DNA of 64,000 nucleotides from assembly GCA_030704615.1 (NCBI GenBank), contig CM060733.1, forward strand, positions 25,048,001-25,112,000, written 5' to 3'. Shown here piece by piece: positions 11,268-23,715 of the stretch; the first letter of the stretch is position 1; each line of letters opens with the position of its first letter. The stretch comes from Takakia lepidozioides (Eukaryota > Plantae > Bryophyta). The notes under the pieces were generated by a model. That model made no database searches. It worked only from the letters and a program-made list of their open reading frames with translations, and was not told the DNA's origin. The translations under genes were made by a program, and so were the position numbers.

Positions 11268-12804
11268 ATGAGGAATAATAATATTTCTGCTAGGCAATAT
11301 ATAGCTTTTCCAGTATGTGGATGGGTGGCTTTGGCGGTGCAGAGTGTCTCAACACATCGTCATTGCCACCCACATACAAAACGTTGTGTACCACTGGTAC
11401 AGAGTTTTTTTTATTTCTTGGCTCTGTGAAGGAAAGAGGCACTCCGAGCTCCTTCATGTGCACATTGATACAAATTGGTGAAGATGGCGTGGGTATGGGT
11501 TCCCATCCAACAATCCTCTGCCGAGCTTTATTTCCCAATAGTAGGCCAATATACCAATATACCCAAGCAGGTGGAGACGTGTACAACCTGTCCGAATAGA
11601 GAGGAGGGAGATTTACTTGGAGATATGTCGAGAGCCGTTTGACAAGGCTATCAATGATCTGTCAAAAGTCAGTTGACTGATCAACTTCAACTTGACCGCA
11701 AAATTCTGAAAAGCCTCTGTCACACTGACATGAGTGTACCAATCCGTGTCGCAGTCGAGATTTGTAGGCACGGTCGTGTCAGCGTGAATCGTGTATCACT
11801 CTACTTTGATGGCCTACATACTTACATGCGATGCTATCGGAAACCAAGTGTCGGTAGGGTAGAGTTGTCTCTTACCTGCAGCCCATTTCTTACTAGCTCT
11901 CATCACTTGCTTTACGCAGTCGGTAGATCCACAACTGAATACCAGAGCCTGGCTGGACCCATGCGCCACCTTTTAACACAATTTTAAGTAAATATGGACT
12001 AAAGTTTGGTCCAGAAATAAGGAGAAATATCTGAATATGTATTTTTAAATCATTTAAATGGATCATTTTAAATATAAATATAAATATATAAATAATTATT
12101 TGTCTATTGATATATAATATGAGCAATAAAGAAACATTATGTATAAACTTCAGGAGAAAAAGCAGTTTCTATTTGGCTCATAAAGCAAGTTCCATTGTTC
12201 ACTCGACGTTTAGTAAGAGTTGAATGAGATATCAACAGTCAGTAGCTCACACAAGGTAGTGATCAATGGTGAGTGAGGCTTACTGTGCTTTACAACATGC
12301 ATATACACTATTGTATGAACATGAAGTTGTTGAAACCAGTGAACTATATTTCCCTTCCAACAGTTGCCCATGTTCAGTGGTTCAATTGAACATCATGATA
12401 ACTTAAGTACATGTGCCTTTCGAGTCTCCACATGGGAAAGCTACTGGACGCTTGAGAGATCCGTGCAACTACCCTTATTTCTGCCCTGTCTAAACCGGTT
12501 CGAATCTTGTAGCCAAGTTTTATTTTGCTACTTCAAAAATATCTATGTCCTTGAGAAGTTCCACTGCCCATCTTCATGCTTACTCATACATGTATGGAAA
12601 TACATGAGAAATGTATGGTTATGCATGTTCTCGGATAATAACCTCCAAAGATCCAAAGATTTTGTGATTTTCTACTTCAAAAAAATTCCAAGTCCACGTG
12701 AAAATAGTGTCTCTATTCTTGGATGCCCATCTTCATAAATAGTCATACATGAAAACTGTATAGTCATCCATGAAAATACATGATCTGTCCTCATGCACAA
12801 GTCT

Positions 12805-13202
12805 TGAATGATATACTTATGTATGACAAGGCGTCATGCTTCAAATCATGTATTTCCATGCAGTATTGATACTTTATCTCTATACATAAAACTCGTGAGG
12901 TCTCGGGTTCAGATTACAATGAATGAGATGGTGAGTTTGAATCTTCATATCTATATTAATATCATTCTTTTTATTTTCTTATTTGAACCGTCATACATGA
13001 GACATGAGTTATATCTATTAGCATAGTCGTACAAACATGATGTCATGTCTCATTCATGCACATTTCCTGAATGGCATATGTATGAAAACGCATCAAACCT
13101 ATCATGTATTTTCATGCAATATTAATACTTTATTTCTATGCATAAAATTTCATGAGGTCATGGGTTCCAATTACAATGAATGAGACGACGAGTATGAATC
13201 TT
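12805..13202. repeat. Diverged ~140-bp direct repeat (12805-12945 and 13067-13202)
   Basis: Shared blocks atcatgtattt(c/t)catgca, atactttat(c/t)tctat(a/g)cataaaa and attacaatgaatgaga. Confidence 0.75.
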
Positions 13203-13909
13203 TAATGTCCCTACTGATATTATTCTGCCTCTCATTTTACAATAATTGGGAAGATGTGGTGCACGCGTGACGCCCCCGCGCACGGACGTCCGGCTCCCCC
13301 CACCGGGACCCCCCCCCCCCCCGCCCGCCGCTGCGCGCGGTCGCCCAGCTGCTACCGCGGCAGCCCCACCCGCGCTCCGTCGCGCCGCCAGTCCGCTGCC
13401 CGTGAGTCCAGTTTCCCTCAGTCCGCCAAACCGCTAGTCTGCCGGCCAGTCCACTGTGCACGCCAGTCCGCTGTGCCAGTCCCCGCAAGTCCACCCAACA
13501 GTCCGCTGTGCCCGTCTGTTGCCCCCTCAGTTTGCCAGTCTGCCATTCCGCCATTCCGCGCCGGTCGAAGGATCTGGATCGTCCATTCTGAGAAACCCAT
13601 CCGCGCCATCCATGCCAATCCGCTGTGCCAGTCCCGACTAGTCAACCAACAGTCTGCCCACCAGTCCGCCGCCCATGAATCCGCTTTCCTCCAGTCCACT
13701 GATGATACCGCATCTGGACCGTCCATTCGTAAATGCCATCTGAGCCCTCCATTTTTAGGGCATGAATTCAAACCTTATCCCTGCCGCTTGCCACTTGCCA
13801 GCAGTCGCGAACGTGCGCACTGATGCTCTTGCACGTTGTCCATCGTGTCCAGTGTACTGCGGCGCGTTTCTTGCAGGTTCTGAAGCATGTCCTCTGTATT
13901 GTGCATGGC

Positions 13910-14900
13910 ATGGACGTGGAAGCAGAAGGCGATGATATACTAAAAACGGGAAGCTGGATTATACGGCCTCTTCGACAAAGTTTGCAAACACCAAAACCAC
14001 GACCCTTCAACACGAAGGACCTCCATTGGAAGAGAGACACGCAATATGGTTATATGAATGCACGACAGAATGTTCAGAAGGCCTACATACCGTGTGATAG
14101 AGTTGATGACTTTCTTCTTGGAGAGGAGAGTTTGGTGGACTATCCCACTCAGTTTGGGGTGAATGTCCATACAAAAGTGCAACCCGACATGCTAAAAGAG
14201 CCGAGAGCCATCAATTTTCTGAACAGTATCATGTGTGCATCATCCTCATCGTCTTTTTGTAGTCTGATTGCATGTCTGTTGCCATTTTTCGTACCCACGT
14301 ACTGTGATTTCATGCTTCTAGAAGTCGATGGATATCAATTGTGATTTTTATGTGGACCAGGTTTCAATGCTGCTACGATCCAGATGACAAGTGCACCAAC
14401 AATGCGATAGTGGAGGATCGCAAACTGAAACGTAGAGGACCTCTTGTGGGTGCTGGAACATCTCACCCTTATAACGGCCCAAAGAGAAAGAAGTCGGATT
14501 ATGAAGAGTCTTACAAGCGTGGTTGCCAATGTTGTTTTAAGGTCCAGCAATGCTATCTCGCCCCCGACATTTGTGTACTCATGTACTACAACAATATGGA
14601 GCATACAGAGGCGAAAGGGAACGCCTGTCATGGGAAGTCCGCTGAGTTCAAAAACACTCGCCACGCCTATGCACCACACATTAGCGAGGAATTGAAAGCA
14701 TGGGTCATGGAGTGTCTGTTCCGAGGCTTGTCAGTCGCCCAAATCATGATGGAACATAAAGAGCACGTCATGAACAACACTGGGTTGGGGGATGCATGGA
14801 CACGGGACGATTTTTTGTTGGAGCAGGATGTGTGCAACCTGGCCGAGAAACAGGCGTGGCAAACGTTCAAAAAACATGCCAACGATGCGGAGAGTGTCCA
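13910..14900 (+). mobile_element. MULE-like / SWIM-family transposase, 5' exons (13910-14232, 14361-~14900), truncated by the gypsy element
   Basis: IPCDRVDDFLLGE, QCCYDPDD, KRGCQCCFKV, HTEAKGNACHG, APHISEELK and TRDDFLL resemble the plant MULE-derived SWIM zinc-finger family. A GT-AG intron separates the exons, and a GC-rich AGTCCGC-laden leader lies at 13270-13700. Confidence 0.75.
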
Positions 14901-17900
14901 AGAACTTTGCTGACAGCCTAAACCTGGCTCAAGAAGATGTGCAGCCTTCCCACATTCTGCTACCTAATGGCGGTGTGGAGGTTACGCATAGACATCTGTT
15001 AGACGTGCCAATGATCCTGCAAGGTGTACACACAACAACAGATTTTGAGGTTTGGGATGGAGCTCGCTACGACTGCATCCTCGGTATGCAGTGGCTAGAT
15101 CCAGTGGATGCAGTGGTGGCCTGCAAGCTCGGAACGGTCAGTGGGACTTTGCCAACTGGAGTGACATTTGATCTTAAAGGTACCAGGGCCCTTCCTAATG
15201 TCCCAGTCTTGTCGGCCTTGCAGATAAAGAGGTACATTCGTAAAGGGGACGCGCAGCTTTTTGCTGTTAGCGTGCATGAACTATCAGGAATAGAGTGTGT
15301 GAAAAATTCACATCCTAGACTTGATGTACTGTTGCATGAATATGTTGATGTGTTTCCTGATGAACTTCCTGGAATGCCCCCTGAGCGAGAGGTTGATCAT
15401 GCTATTGAACTAATGACAGATGATGTACCGGTTGCAAAGGCGCCATACATACATTCAATCGCAGAGAATGAAGAATTAGAAAGACAATTGAATGATTTGC
15501 TTGAGAAAGGGTACATTCGCCCAAGTAAATCACCCTGGGGTGCTCCAGTGATGTTCAAGAAAAAGAAAGATGGGAGTCTGAGGTTGTGTATTGATTATAG
15601 GTGGTTGAACAAGTTCACCATCAAGAATAAGTTTCCTCTACCTCGTGTAGACGATTTGTTTGACCATCTGTATGGGAGTCAAGTTTTTTCAAAGCTTGAT
15701 CTCCGATCTGGATATCACCAGATACAAATCAAGGATTTTGACATACTGAAGACCAGATTTTGATCCCGCTATGGTCGTTACGAATTCTTGGTGATGCCGT
15801 TTGGGCTCACAAATGCTCCAGCAACATTCACGCATCTAATGAATTCCCTGTTTCAAAAGTATTTAGGAAAGATGGTCTTGGTCTACATGGATGACATACT
15901 GATATACTCGAAGACCGAAGAAGAGCACGAACTGCATTTACGTGTGGTCTTAGATATACTAAGAGAGAACCATCTGTTTGCTAAGAGAAGCAAGTGTGAG
16001 TTCTTTGTGGACCACATGGATTACTTGGGATTTTGCATCTCTAAAGATGGAATCTCGATTGATCCCAAGAAAGTCCAGACAGTGGCTGAGTGGCCTAAGC
16101 CAAGTGATAAGACAGAGGTCATGAGCTTTATTGGATTTGCCAGCTTCCTGCGGAAGTTTGTCAAGTCTTTTTCACAGATTGCAGCTCCGTTGACTGACTT
16201 ACTTAAGGATTCAAGTCCTGTAAGTTTGAGAGATGTCTGGACAGGAGAATGTGATAACAATTTCGAAAAATTGAAATTTGCTTTGACGCACGCTCCTGTA
16301 CTGAAATTGCTTGATCCTACCAGGGGAGCAATTGTACTTTGTACTGATGCAAGAGATCTTGCTATTGAGGCTGTGTTGATGCAAGATGGGCATGTAATTG
16401 CATATGAATCTCGAAAGATCAGTCCAGCAGAGAAGAATTACCCGACTCATGAGAAGGAACTGTTGGCAATAGTTCATGCCTTCAAGATATGGAGGCATTA
16501 TCTGCTTCCAGTTGATTTTGTAATAGAGACCGACCATCAGAGTTTGAAGTACTTGACCACGCAGCCTCATTTGAGCCAGAGACAGATTCGGTGGTCAGAA
16601 TTGCTTCAACAGTTTCATTATGACCTGAAGTATGTCAAGGGAAGAGAGAATGTGATTGCGGATGCACTTTCTAGGAGACCATTACAAGCTAAAATTGTCT
16701 CGTGCATCAGTAGCACTATATTCCAGGACATTAAAGGTCGGTATGAAATTGATGGATTCTTTAAAGAACCATTTAAGAGTTTGTCTTGTGACCAGAGGAC
16801 TTCCGTTGAGAAGGAGAAATATCGGCCGTACCTCTTAAGAGATGAAATGTTATTCTATAATGGTCGGCTGTGTGTTCCCATGATCCCGGACCTGATTGTG
16901 GATCATTCATGACAGTCACAATATTCCAATCTCAGGACACCCGGGCTTTCAGAGGACCTACTGGTCAATACGGAAGCATTATTTCTGGCCGGGCATGAAA
17001 AGAGAAATCAAAGAATATGTACAGAAATGTTTCCCTTGTCAGGTGTTGAAGTTAGAGAGAGTCAGACCTCCTGGATTACTACAACCATTATCTGTTCCTG
17101 GATCGAATTGGGAATCCATTAGCATGGATTTCATTGTGGCATTACCCAGGACCAGAAATGGCCATGACAGTATCATGGTGGTTGTAGATAGGCTATCTAA
17201 GATAGCCCATTTGATACCTACAAGGATGAGTGCTACAACATCGGATGTTGCATCCCTGTATATGAAAAGAGATATTCAGGATTCATGGTCTGCCTCGTGA
17301 GATTATTTGTGACAGGGATTCAAAGTTTACAAGTCAATTTTGGATTGACTTGTTCAAGAAATTGGGAACCAAGGTGAGGCTAAGTACAGCCTTTCACCCA
17401 GAAACAGATGCTCAGACAGAAAGAACCAACTGTACAATTGAGGATATGTTGAGAATGTAGGTTGGTGAGAGACAATCCTCTTGGGAACAGTTTCTATACT
17501 TAGTGGAATTTGCCTATAACAAGCATTTCCACAGTGCCATTGGCATGAGTCCATTCGAAGCTTTATATGGACGAGATTGCTTAGCTCCTGCTTCGCTCAT
17601 TGCACCACCATCAAATGTGCATAGTGTGAATGACAGAATCAGAGAGATCCACTCTGTCCTAGATCTGGTGAAGCGTAGTATGCAGGCTGCACAAGAACGG
17701 GCCAAGTTCTTTGCTGACAAACACATGACTTTTCGTGAATTTGCTGTTAATGATATGGTGTTCTTAAAGGTTACACCTAAGAAAAGCAATCTAACGCTTG
17801 TCAAGTGTTACAAGCTATCACCAAGGTTTTGTGGCCCATTCAAGGTTCTAAAACGTCATGGCACAGTGGCCTATGAGTTAGATCTGCCTCCAACATGGAA

Positions 17901-18172
17901 GATTCATAAAACTTTCGCCTTCTCCGGAAATATATGTCGGACCCATCGCACATCTTGTCGATGTTGCCTCAAGCTATGAATGATGGTCAGCTGATGGCTG
18001 AACCCGAAAAGATTCTAGAAACGCGAGTGAAGCACCTGCGCAACTGTTCTTGGAAAGAACATTTAATTAAGTGGTTGCATTACCCAGAGACAGAAGCTAC
18101 TTGGGAAAAAGAGAATGAACTAACATTGAATTACCCCTCATTTTCTGTCATTGAGGACAATGACCTGCCTTT
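14901..18172 (+). mobile_element. 5'-truncated chromovirus-type Ty3/gypsy pol (partial protease, RT, RNase H, integrase, chromodomain), pseudogenised
   Basis: DCILG; [32 protein letters not shown]; TDARD...AYES...THEKE...TDH; H-x6-HPG...CFPC; SMDFI...VVDRLSK; RFCGPF; EPEKIL...HLIKW..YPETEATWE. There is a stop at 15761 and several frameshifts; no gag or 5' LTR. Confidence 0.96.
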
Positions 18173-19420
18173 GGGAGGGGGAGCTTGTTAGGTGCCTATG
18201 GAGCCCGGATTAGAACAACGGACCAGCCCATCAGGGAAGAACGTAACCGCTGAACCTTCGGGGCTGATCTTTATGGACACCTGCAGGTGAAAAGAACTGG
18301 ACAAGCTAGTGGTTTCAAGAATCTAGGGATTCGTGAAGAAGACGAGGCGGTGCAGGACAAGAGTAGGAATGGTTGTAGCGCGGGCTGATGGAGCAGGCCT
18401 GAAACGAGGAGAAGGACAGATGATTGAAGAGAGGGTCTGAGATCTGAAAAGGATGTGTGATTGTGCATAGAAGAGATGAGAATATAGCATGGTGTGGCGG
18501 TTGGGTGGACCGGAGGAGTAATCCGGTACTGTGCTGTGAGGAATAGATATATAAGGTAGAGAGCTGTAGGGTTGCTTGCTGGCTGAAATCAGAAGTAATA
18601 CCTTCTCTACCTAGAGTGTACATGCTGTGAATAGAGTTCTAGTCATGTTTATACTAAGCTTGAACTGACTGGAATCCCTGTGGACAACTCCTTCATTTGA
18701 GCTTTTGGAATGAGATCAACTGTATGTGGCTTCAAGGTATGGAAATTGAGAATTGGTTGGGCAGAACGGGTGTTTTTGGTTGAAATAAAAATAAGAGTAT
18801 TGGTAGTAAGTTTGCTGCGGGTCTCCTAAGGGCAAGTCCGCTGGCAGGCCAGTCCGCCGGAGAGAAATGTTCGCAAGTAGTCCGCTGCAAGACTCACGTG
18901 TGCCAGTCTGTTGCGACCTCAGTCTGGTCCAGCAAGTCCGTTGGCAGGCGAGTCCGCCGGAGGGGACTATTCGCAAGCAGTCCGCTACAAGACTCACGTG
19001 CGCCAGTCTGTTGCGACCTCAGTCTGGTCTAGCAAGTCTGCTGGCAGGCGAGTCCGCCGGAGGGGACTGCTCGCAAGCAGTCCGCTGCAAGACTCACGTG
19101 CGCTAGTCTGCTGCGACCTCAGTCTGGTCCAGCAAGTCCGCTAGAGGGGACTGTTCGGAAGTCTGCTGGCAACCTAGTCCGCTCGGGATGCCCTCTGGCC
19201 AAGTCTGTGTAAGACTCACTTACGTAAGTCCGCTGCGAGGTCAGCGTGGTCAGGTCTGCTGGCGGTGTCGCGAGGGCAACACTCATGGTAGGTCAGAGTG
19301 GGCGAGTCTGCTGCCTGAATCCGTTGGGCAAGTCCACTGGAGCAGACGGGCAGACTAGTCCACCAGAGAGTCTACTGGGTTAGTGCCCACATCCACCGGC
19401 GAAGTCCTCTTTGAAGTCTC
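18173..19420 (+). mobile_element. Polypurine tract (18173-18183) and probable 3' LTR starting TGTTAG at 18186; right end uncertain
   Basis: GGGAGGGGGAG sits 2 nt before TG; TATA-like ATATATAAG at ~18547; no partner LTR in the window. Confidence 0.65.
18832..19142. repeat. 100-bp tandem repeat x3 in the LTR region
   Basis: GCAAGTC(C/T)G recurs at exactly 18832, 18932, 19032 and 19132; units are near-identical. Confidence 0.95.
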
Positions 19421-19446
19421 TCATGTGGGCATGTGTACTTTGCAGG

Positions 19447-19807
19447 GTTGTTTTCCGAGGAGTGCTCATTTTTCCTGTGCCTTTGGCATGTCCGGCAGGG
19501 TTGGGTGAAACAATCATGCGCGAAAACCAAAGATCCTATCACTGCCGCAAACTTGCTGAAAGATATGGGAGACCTCATGTACTGTAGAGGTGGACCAAAC
19601 AATCCCAAAGAAGGTTTTGCGTGGGTAGCAACAACGCTCCAACGCATGAGAAAGAAATATCCGAATGGGCATGAATTTTTGGACTACATCGATAAGGAAT
19701 GGCGTCCTAAAATAGCAATGTGGTGTACAACAGCTCGCCATGTTCTGCATGCCAGTCAAGACACAAACGCTAGCATTGAGGCATACCATGGAAACTTGAA
19801 GTTATAA
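19447..19807 (+). mobile_element. MULE-like / SWIM-family transposase, downstream exon
   Basis: Follows a tttgcag acceptor: FLCLWHVRQGW (CxxH motif), FLDYIDKEW, DTNASIEAYHGNLK (catalytic-E TN..E..H motif). Confidence 0.8.
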
Positions 19808-19812
19808 GCGGT

Positions 19813-20510
19813 TTGATGGAGGATGAAAATAAAAAGTATGAGGCAACAACCCTTCATTTAGCTATCATGAACAATCGTTACGAGTGTGTTAAGCTCCTTT
19901 GGGACGCATACTGGAAAAGTCCGGACCAGTCGAGGACACCTGAGCCAATCGATGCGAACAAGTGTATGACACGTTTGATGAAACTACTGCTGGAGGTATG
20001 TGTTATCATACTTGTAGGTGCGATTGATTAAAAATACTAGTCCTACTTTGGATTCAATGAATTTCTTTTCATAAGTGCAGTTGGGCTTAGCATTTGTTTT
20101 GTATTCTATGTGTGCTTTGGTGGACAAAGTGCCAAAGCGCTGGATCTTTTCACACAATTATGGTGAAAGTCTTCATAGTTTGTAATAGTTTGTCATTTTA
20201 TCTTGCCGTGGCATGTATCATGTTGATTGTGATTCCCTCACTTCCTCTCAAGCATGAGTCCTTGCTGGATGGATTGCATGGGACGGAAAAGACTGTTATT
20301 GCAGCAGTATGTGCACTTTTAATTTCCATGGTGTGTCTTCTCGTAGCTTTTGCCGCAGCCAGCATTGCTGTGCTGCCGGGGACATGGAATCATCGAGCTT
20401 TAACATTCAGCACGCTCATGATTGGAGGATTGGTGTGTCTTGCGGTTGTGATCAAATTCACCCGCCGATTAATCACCCTGGTCAACGGATATAAATATTT
20501 TGGCAGGTAA
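19813..20510 (+). pseudogene. Ankyrin-repeat / PGG-domain transmembrane protein fragment
   Basis: TTLHLAIMNNRYECVKLL (ankyrin), then hydrophobic helices VKVFIVCNSLSFYLAVA...LLISMVCLLVAFAAAS typical of PGG domains. The two pieces are not in one open frame. Confidence 0.7.
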
Positions 20511-21503
20511 GAAAGACAGAGAGTTGAACAAGCCTATCCTACCGTATTGTTGCTTCAAGTGTCCAGATGAGTCTGGGCTGTGATGCAGTAAGCAATATAT
20601 TGAATTTAACTGTTGGACAGCATTTATCTCTGCGGAGATCTAGATTACGAGCGATTCAATCTAAACTCGATGAAGTGCATGCCATCTTTTAACGAAACTT
20701 TTGTCTCAATATTGTTCCATTATCACTTTTTCATTTTATCTAAGCGTTTCACATACGTATTAGGAATAATTGAAACATCACTAAAAAACTCAATTGATTT
20801 CTATCAACTAACATTCCTCGCATATAACATCTCTTCTGGTAACTATGATCACGACACCCAGGGATCTTCAGTACTGCTACGGACGAGGGTCCTCGAACGT
20901 CTGCTTTTCGATTTCTAGCATAGATTCTGACCGCGTTCAGAATTCAGAGCCTGTCGCGATGTTGAATATGCCTGCCGAACTACCGCATGCTGGTTCCATG
21001 CTTCCACATTTTCCAGCCAGTCAATTCTTTTCCAAGCAGGCCTACTCTTTCCGCAACAGGTACTGGTACTGCTCATGATTCTAGTTTGGCACCCTGAGAA
21101 GGGCTCAACTACTGCGCGACCACCAGTTACTGATCTGCCCGAGCACAGCCTTATAACTTTCTAACCCACTGGTTACCTCTCCTTCGAAAATTTGAGACCA
21201 CTCCAATGCCATGGAGTCTAACGAATTAACAGCGTCCAGGTTGACCCGAGTGTACACAACGACACTTCCAAGTAATTACTCACAGCACCACCCTCACTAC
21301 CTTACACTCGCAAATAAGATAGGCAGCAAGCATACTTGATGGGCCTTCCCTCTTTTATGTGCTGCTTGCAACGCTCCCTTGTGCCTTTCTTGTCAACTAA
21401 TCCCAGTTCCTTCTACACTGTTTTGATCCACTTCCAACACATGAGAATGTTTGCAGGATATTTTTGGCACTAAGCTTAATGTGATAAGGTCTCAGCTTTC
21501 CTC

Positions 21504-21527
21504 CTCTCTCTCTCTCTCTCTCTCTCT
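21504..21527. repeat. (CT)n microsatellite
   Basis: Direct reading; similar tracts at ~29928-29968 and ~31676-31700. Confidence 0.9.
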
Positions 21528-21688
21528 GCCACTTGTCAAGTGGCTTGGACCAAAGAGACGCTATAAATTAGGCTTGGCCACTGTATATCACTAGGATTTA
21601 ATTAGCTCTCAAGTTAAAGCGGCCCTGAGTGTTGTTAGTAGGTAACATGATTTTATAACTAAACTTAAAACTGATATCTTAATCATCA

Positions 21689-21920
21689 GTCGGTTGCTCA
21701 GTTGGATAGAGCACAGAGTGCCATCCAGGTGATGCTGGGCTCAAATCCTGCGACCTTCTTGGGTGTGGTATAATATTCTCCCCTTTCCCTTGGATGGTGT
21801 CCCTTGAGCCTTGTGCTTGTTGGCGCTTCATGGCGAGGTAGGTTATTTTCTCCTCTAACCATAAGAGGCCTGATTTGTGACCGGGTATTTCCCTATTATG
21901 GGAAAAAAAAAGGAAAAAAA
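21689..21920 (+). mobile_element. tRNA-derived SINE
   Basis: A-box-like TGCTCAGTTGG (21695) and B-box-like GGCTCAAATCC (~21737) at tRNA spacing, a ~150-bp unrelated body and an A-rich tail at 21903-21920; no clear TSD. Confidence 0.6.
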
Positions 21921-23379
21921 GTTAAAGGCAACAAACATTTCATAAGGTATGTCAAGTTAAAGTTGAGACTTAAACTGTACTTTACTTTAACTCTACCCTA
22001 ATGCGAAGAGGCCACAAGCATGAATCCACGGCATTGTGGCGTGGTTAGTGATTAGGGCAGGGCTTAGTGGACATGTCGTAAGTTGCTGAAAGAAAGCAGG
22101 TGAGCCAGCAGAGCTTGGTGTGATGGAATGTGGAGCGCTAATTAAGGGCTCTACCTCTCTGCCTCTTCTCTCTCTCACTCGCTTTTTGATTGTAATTCAT
22201 GTATTGGCGCTGTTGTAGGGAAGAACAAGCTTGCGATTACCCGCTTTCCAAATGTCTTAGGGTGATTTTGCATTGCGATTGGTTCTTTATGGTTCTTTTT
22301 GGTGGTTCAACATGCATTTTGTGCCACCTACAGAGATCAGACTCGCCATTCACAACGTTTTACAAGATGTAATTGGTGGAATTTATTAGCTCACCTTGAA
22401 TGGAAATTCCCAGGCTGGGTGTTACTGACGTTGCATATAATTTTCTTGTCGGTGTACAGGACAACGCGGTTTTGACGACTGGAATTGGAGTGCTTATGAA
22501 AAATTTGGAGAGGAAGGGTGGGGATTATGTGCCACCAGTAATAAGCGTTAAATCGGACTTCTCGAGATTATAGAAGGGTGGGGATTTTCTTAACCTTCTA
22601 TTCCTGATTGCTTCTCCTTAAAATGTCCATGAAGTCAGTTGAAGTTTTCTGGAATTCAATATTAATTAGGCTTTTTGGATTGTCCATGAAGCGTTTCTGG
22701 AAGGTTTGTAGCGCCCCCATATCGAATCAGCTCTTTGTGCCCTCAAAACTAGGCGCCGGTTGCGTTTGGTTTATTCAGTATGAAATGGTCTCTCTCTCTC
22801 TCTCTTGCTCTGTCCTTACTTGTTGTACACAGCTGCAAATATTACCTTCTTGACCAGATTGCACAAGATGATGATTGTTGTGAGATTTGCCTGGTCACTT
22901 AGCACTTCGCTTTTTATGCCATGAGTGAAGATTCGTTTCTTAGTCATCTAGGTTTCTTTGATTGCTCTTCACCTCCGGGACCCCCATCAGTAGAGCAGCT
23001 GCTTAACAAAGCAAGAGGATGTATACAGGATGGGGCTGTTGTCTTTCTAGTGAATGATGCCGGAGTTTTAAGTGTGAGGGAGGACACAAGCCTCTAGGTC
23101 CGGATAATGTGGTCCTTCCTGTGTTACATCTGTCACGTTGATTTGGTCTGAGTCCTCAAAGAAAATAGGTCAGGCCATATTCTATTATGCACAAGGGGTT
23201 CTCTACCCCAGATTTGCTTTTGAAATTTTCTCTAAGATCTGCAGGTTAAACAGAAAATTATTCGCACCGATGATGTGGAAACTTTTGCTTTTGTTGGGAA
23301 GAGAGCCAGCTTGTGCACAGTGGCTCTAGCTGCTAGTCTTTCGTCTAATGCCTTTGGTGCTCACATGTGGTTGAAATAG

Positions 23380-23715
23380 GACATTGGCCCTGATAAATTC
23401 TGGGAATGCAACAAGTGGCCAGACCCAGAGGCATGTATGTTGTCTGCCAGCAGGGACCCGGTGCTTAACCTACTTATAAAGAGAGGATCCTTCACATCCA
23501 GCCACATAGACGCCCGGGGTATGGTCAGATTAATGTCAGCCATTGTACAAGTGCTAGAGATGGTGGCAATTGTTGATTTCCTACTGTGTGACTGGTTAAT
23601 TTAGCGCTATCTTAGCAGTGCTGGAATAGAATTATATTTTCTAGCTGCAGGATGTGTACACTAGCCTGCATATGACTTAACCAGATTGCCATTGCTATGC
23701 ACGTATACCTCACGC
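23380..23715 (+). pseudogene. Possible JmjC/cupin dioxygenase relic
   Basis: One frame with two stops: ...KRGSFTSSHIDARGMVRLM...LSSAGIELYFLAAGCVH*PAYDLT, resembling the HxD...H facial-triad motifs. Confidence 0.3.

Noticed and set aside
13237-13823. Pro/Arg/Ala-rich ORFs on both strands
   Set aside because: By-products of a GC-rich AGTCCGC-repeat region; no domain signal.
21689-21760. Functional tRNA gene
   Set aside because: Acceptor and anticodon stems do not pair properly, the B box is degenerate, and a SINE-like body and A tail follow.
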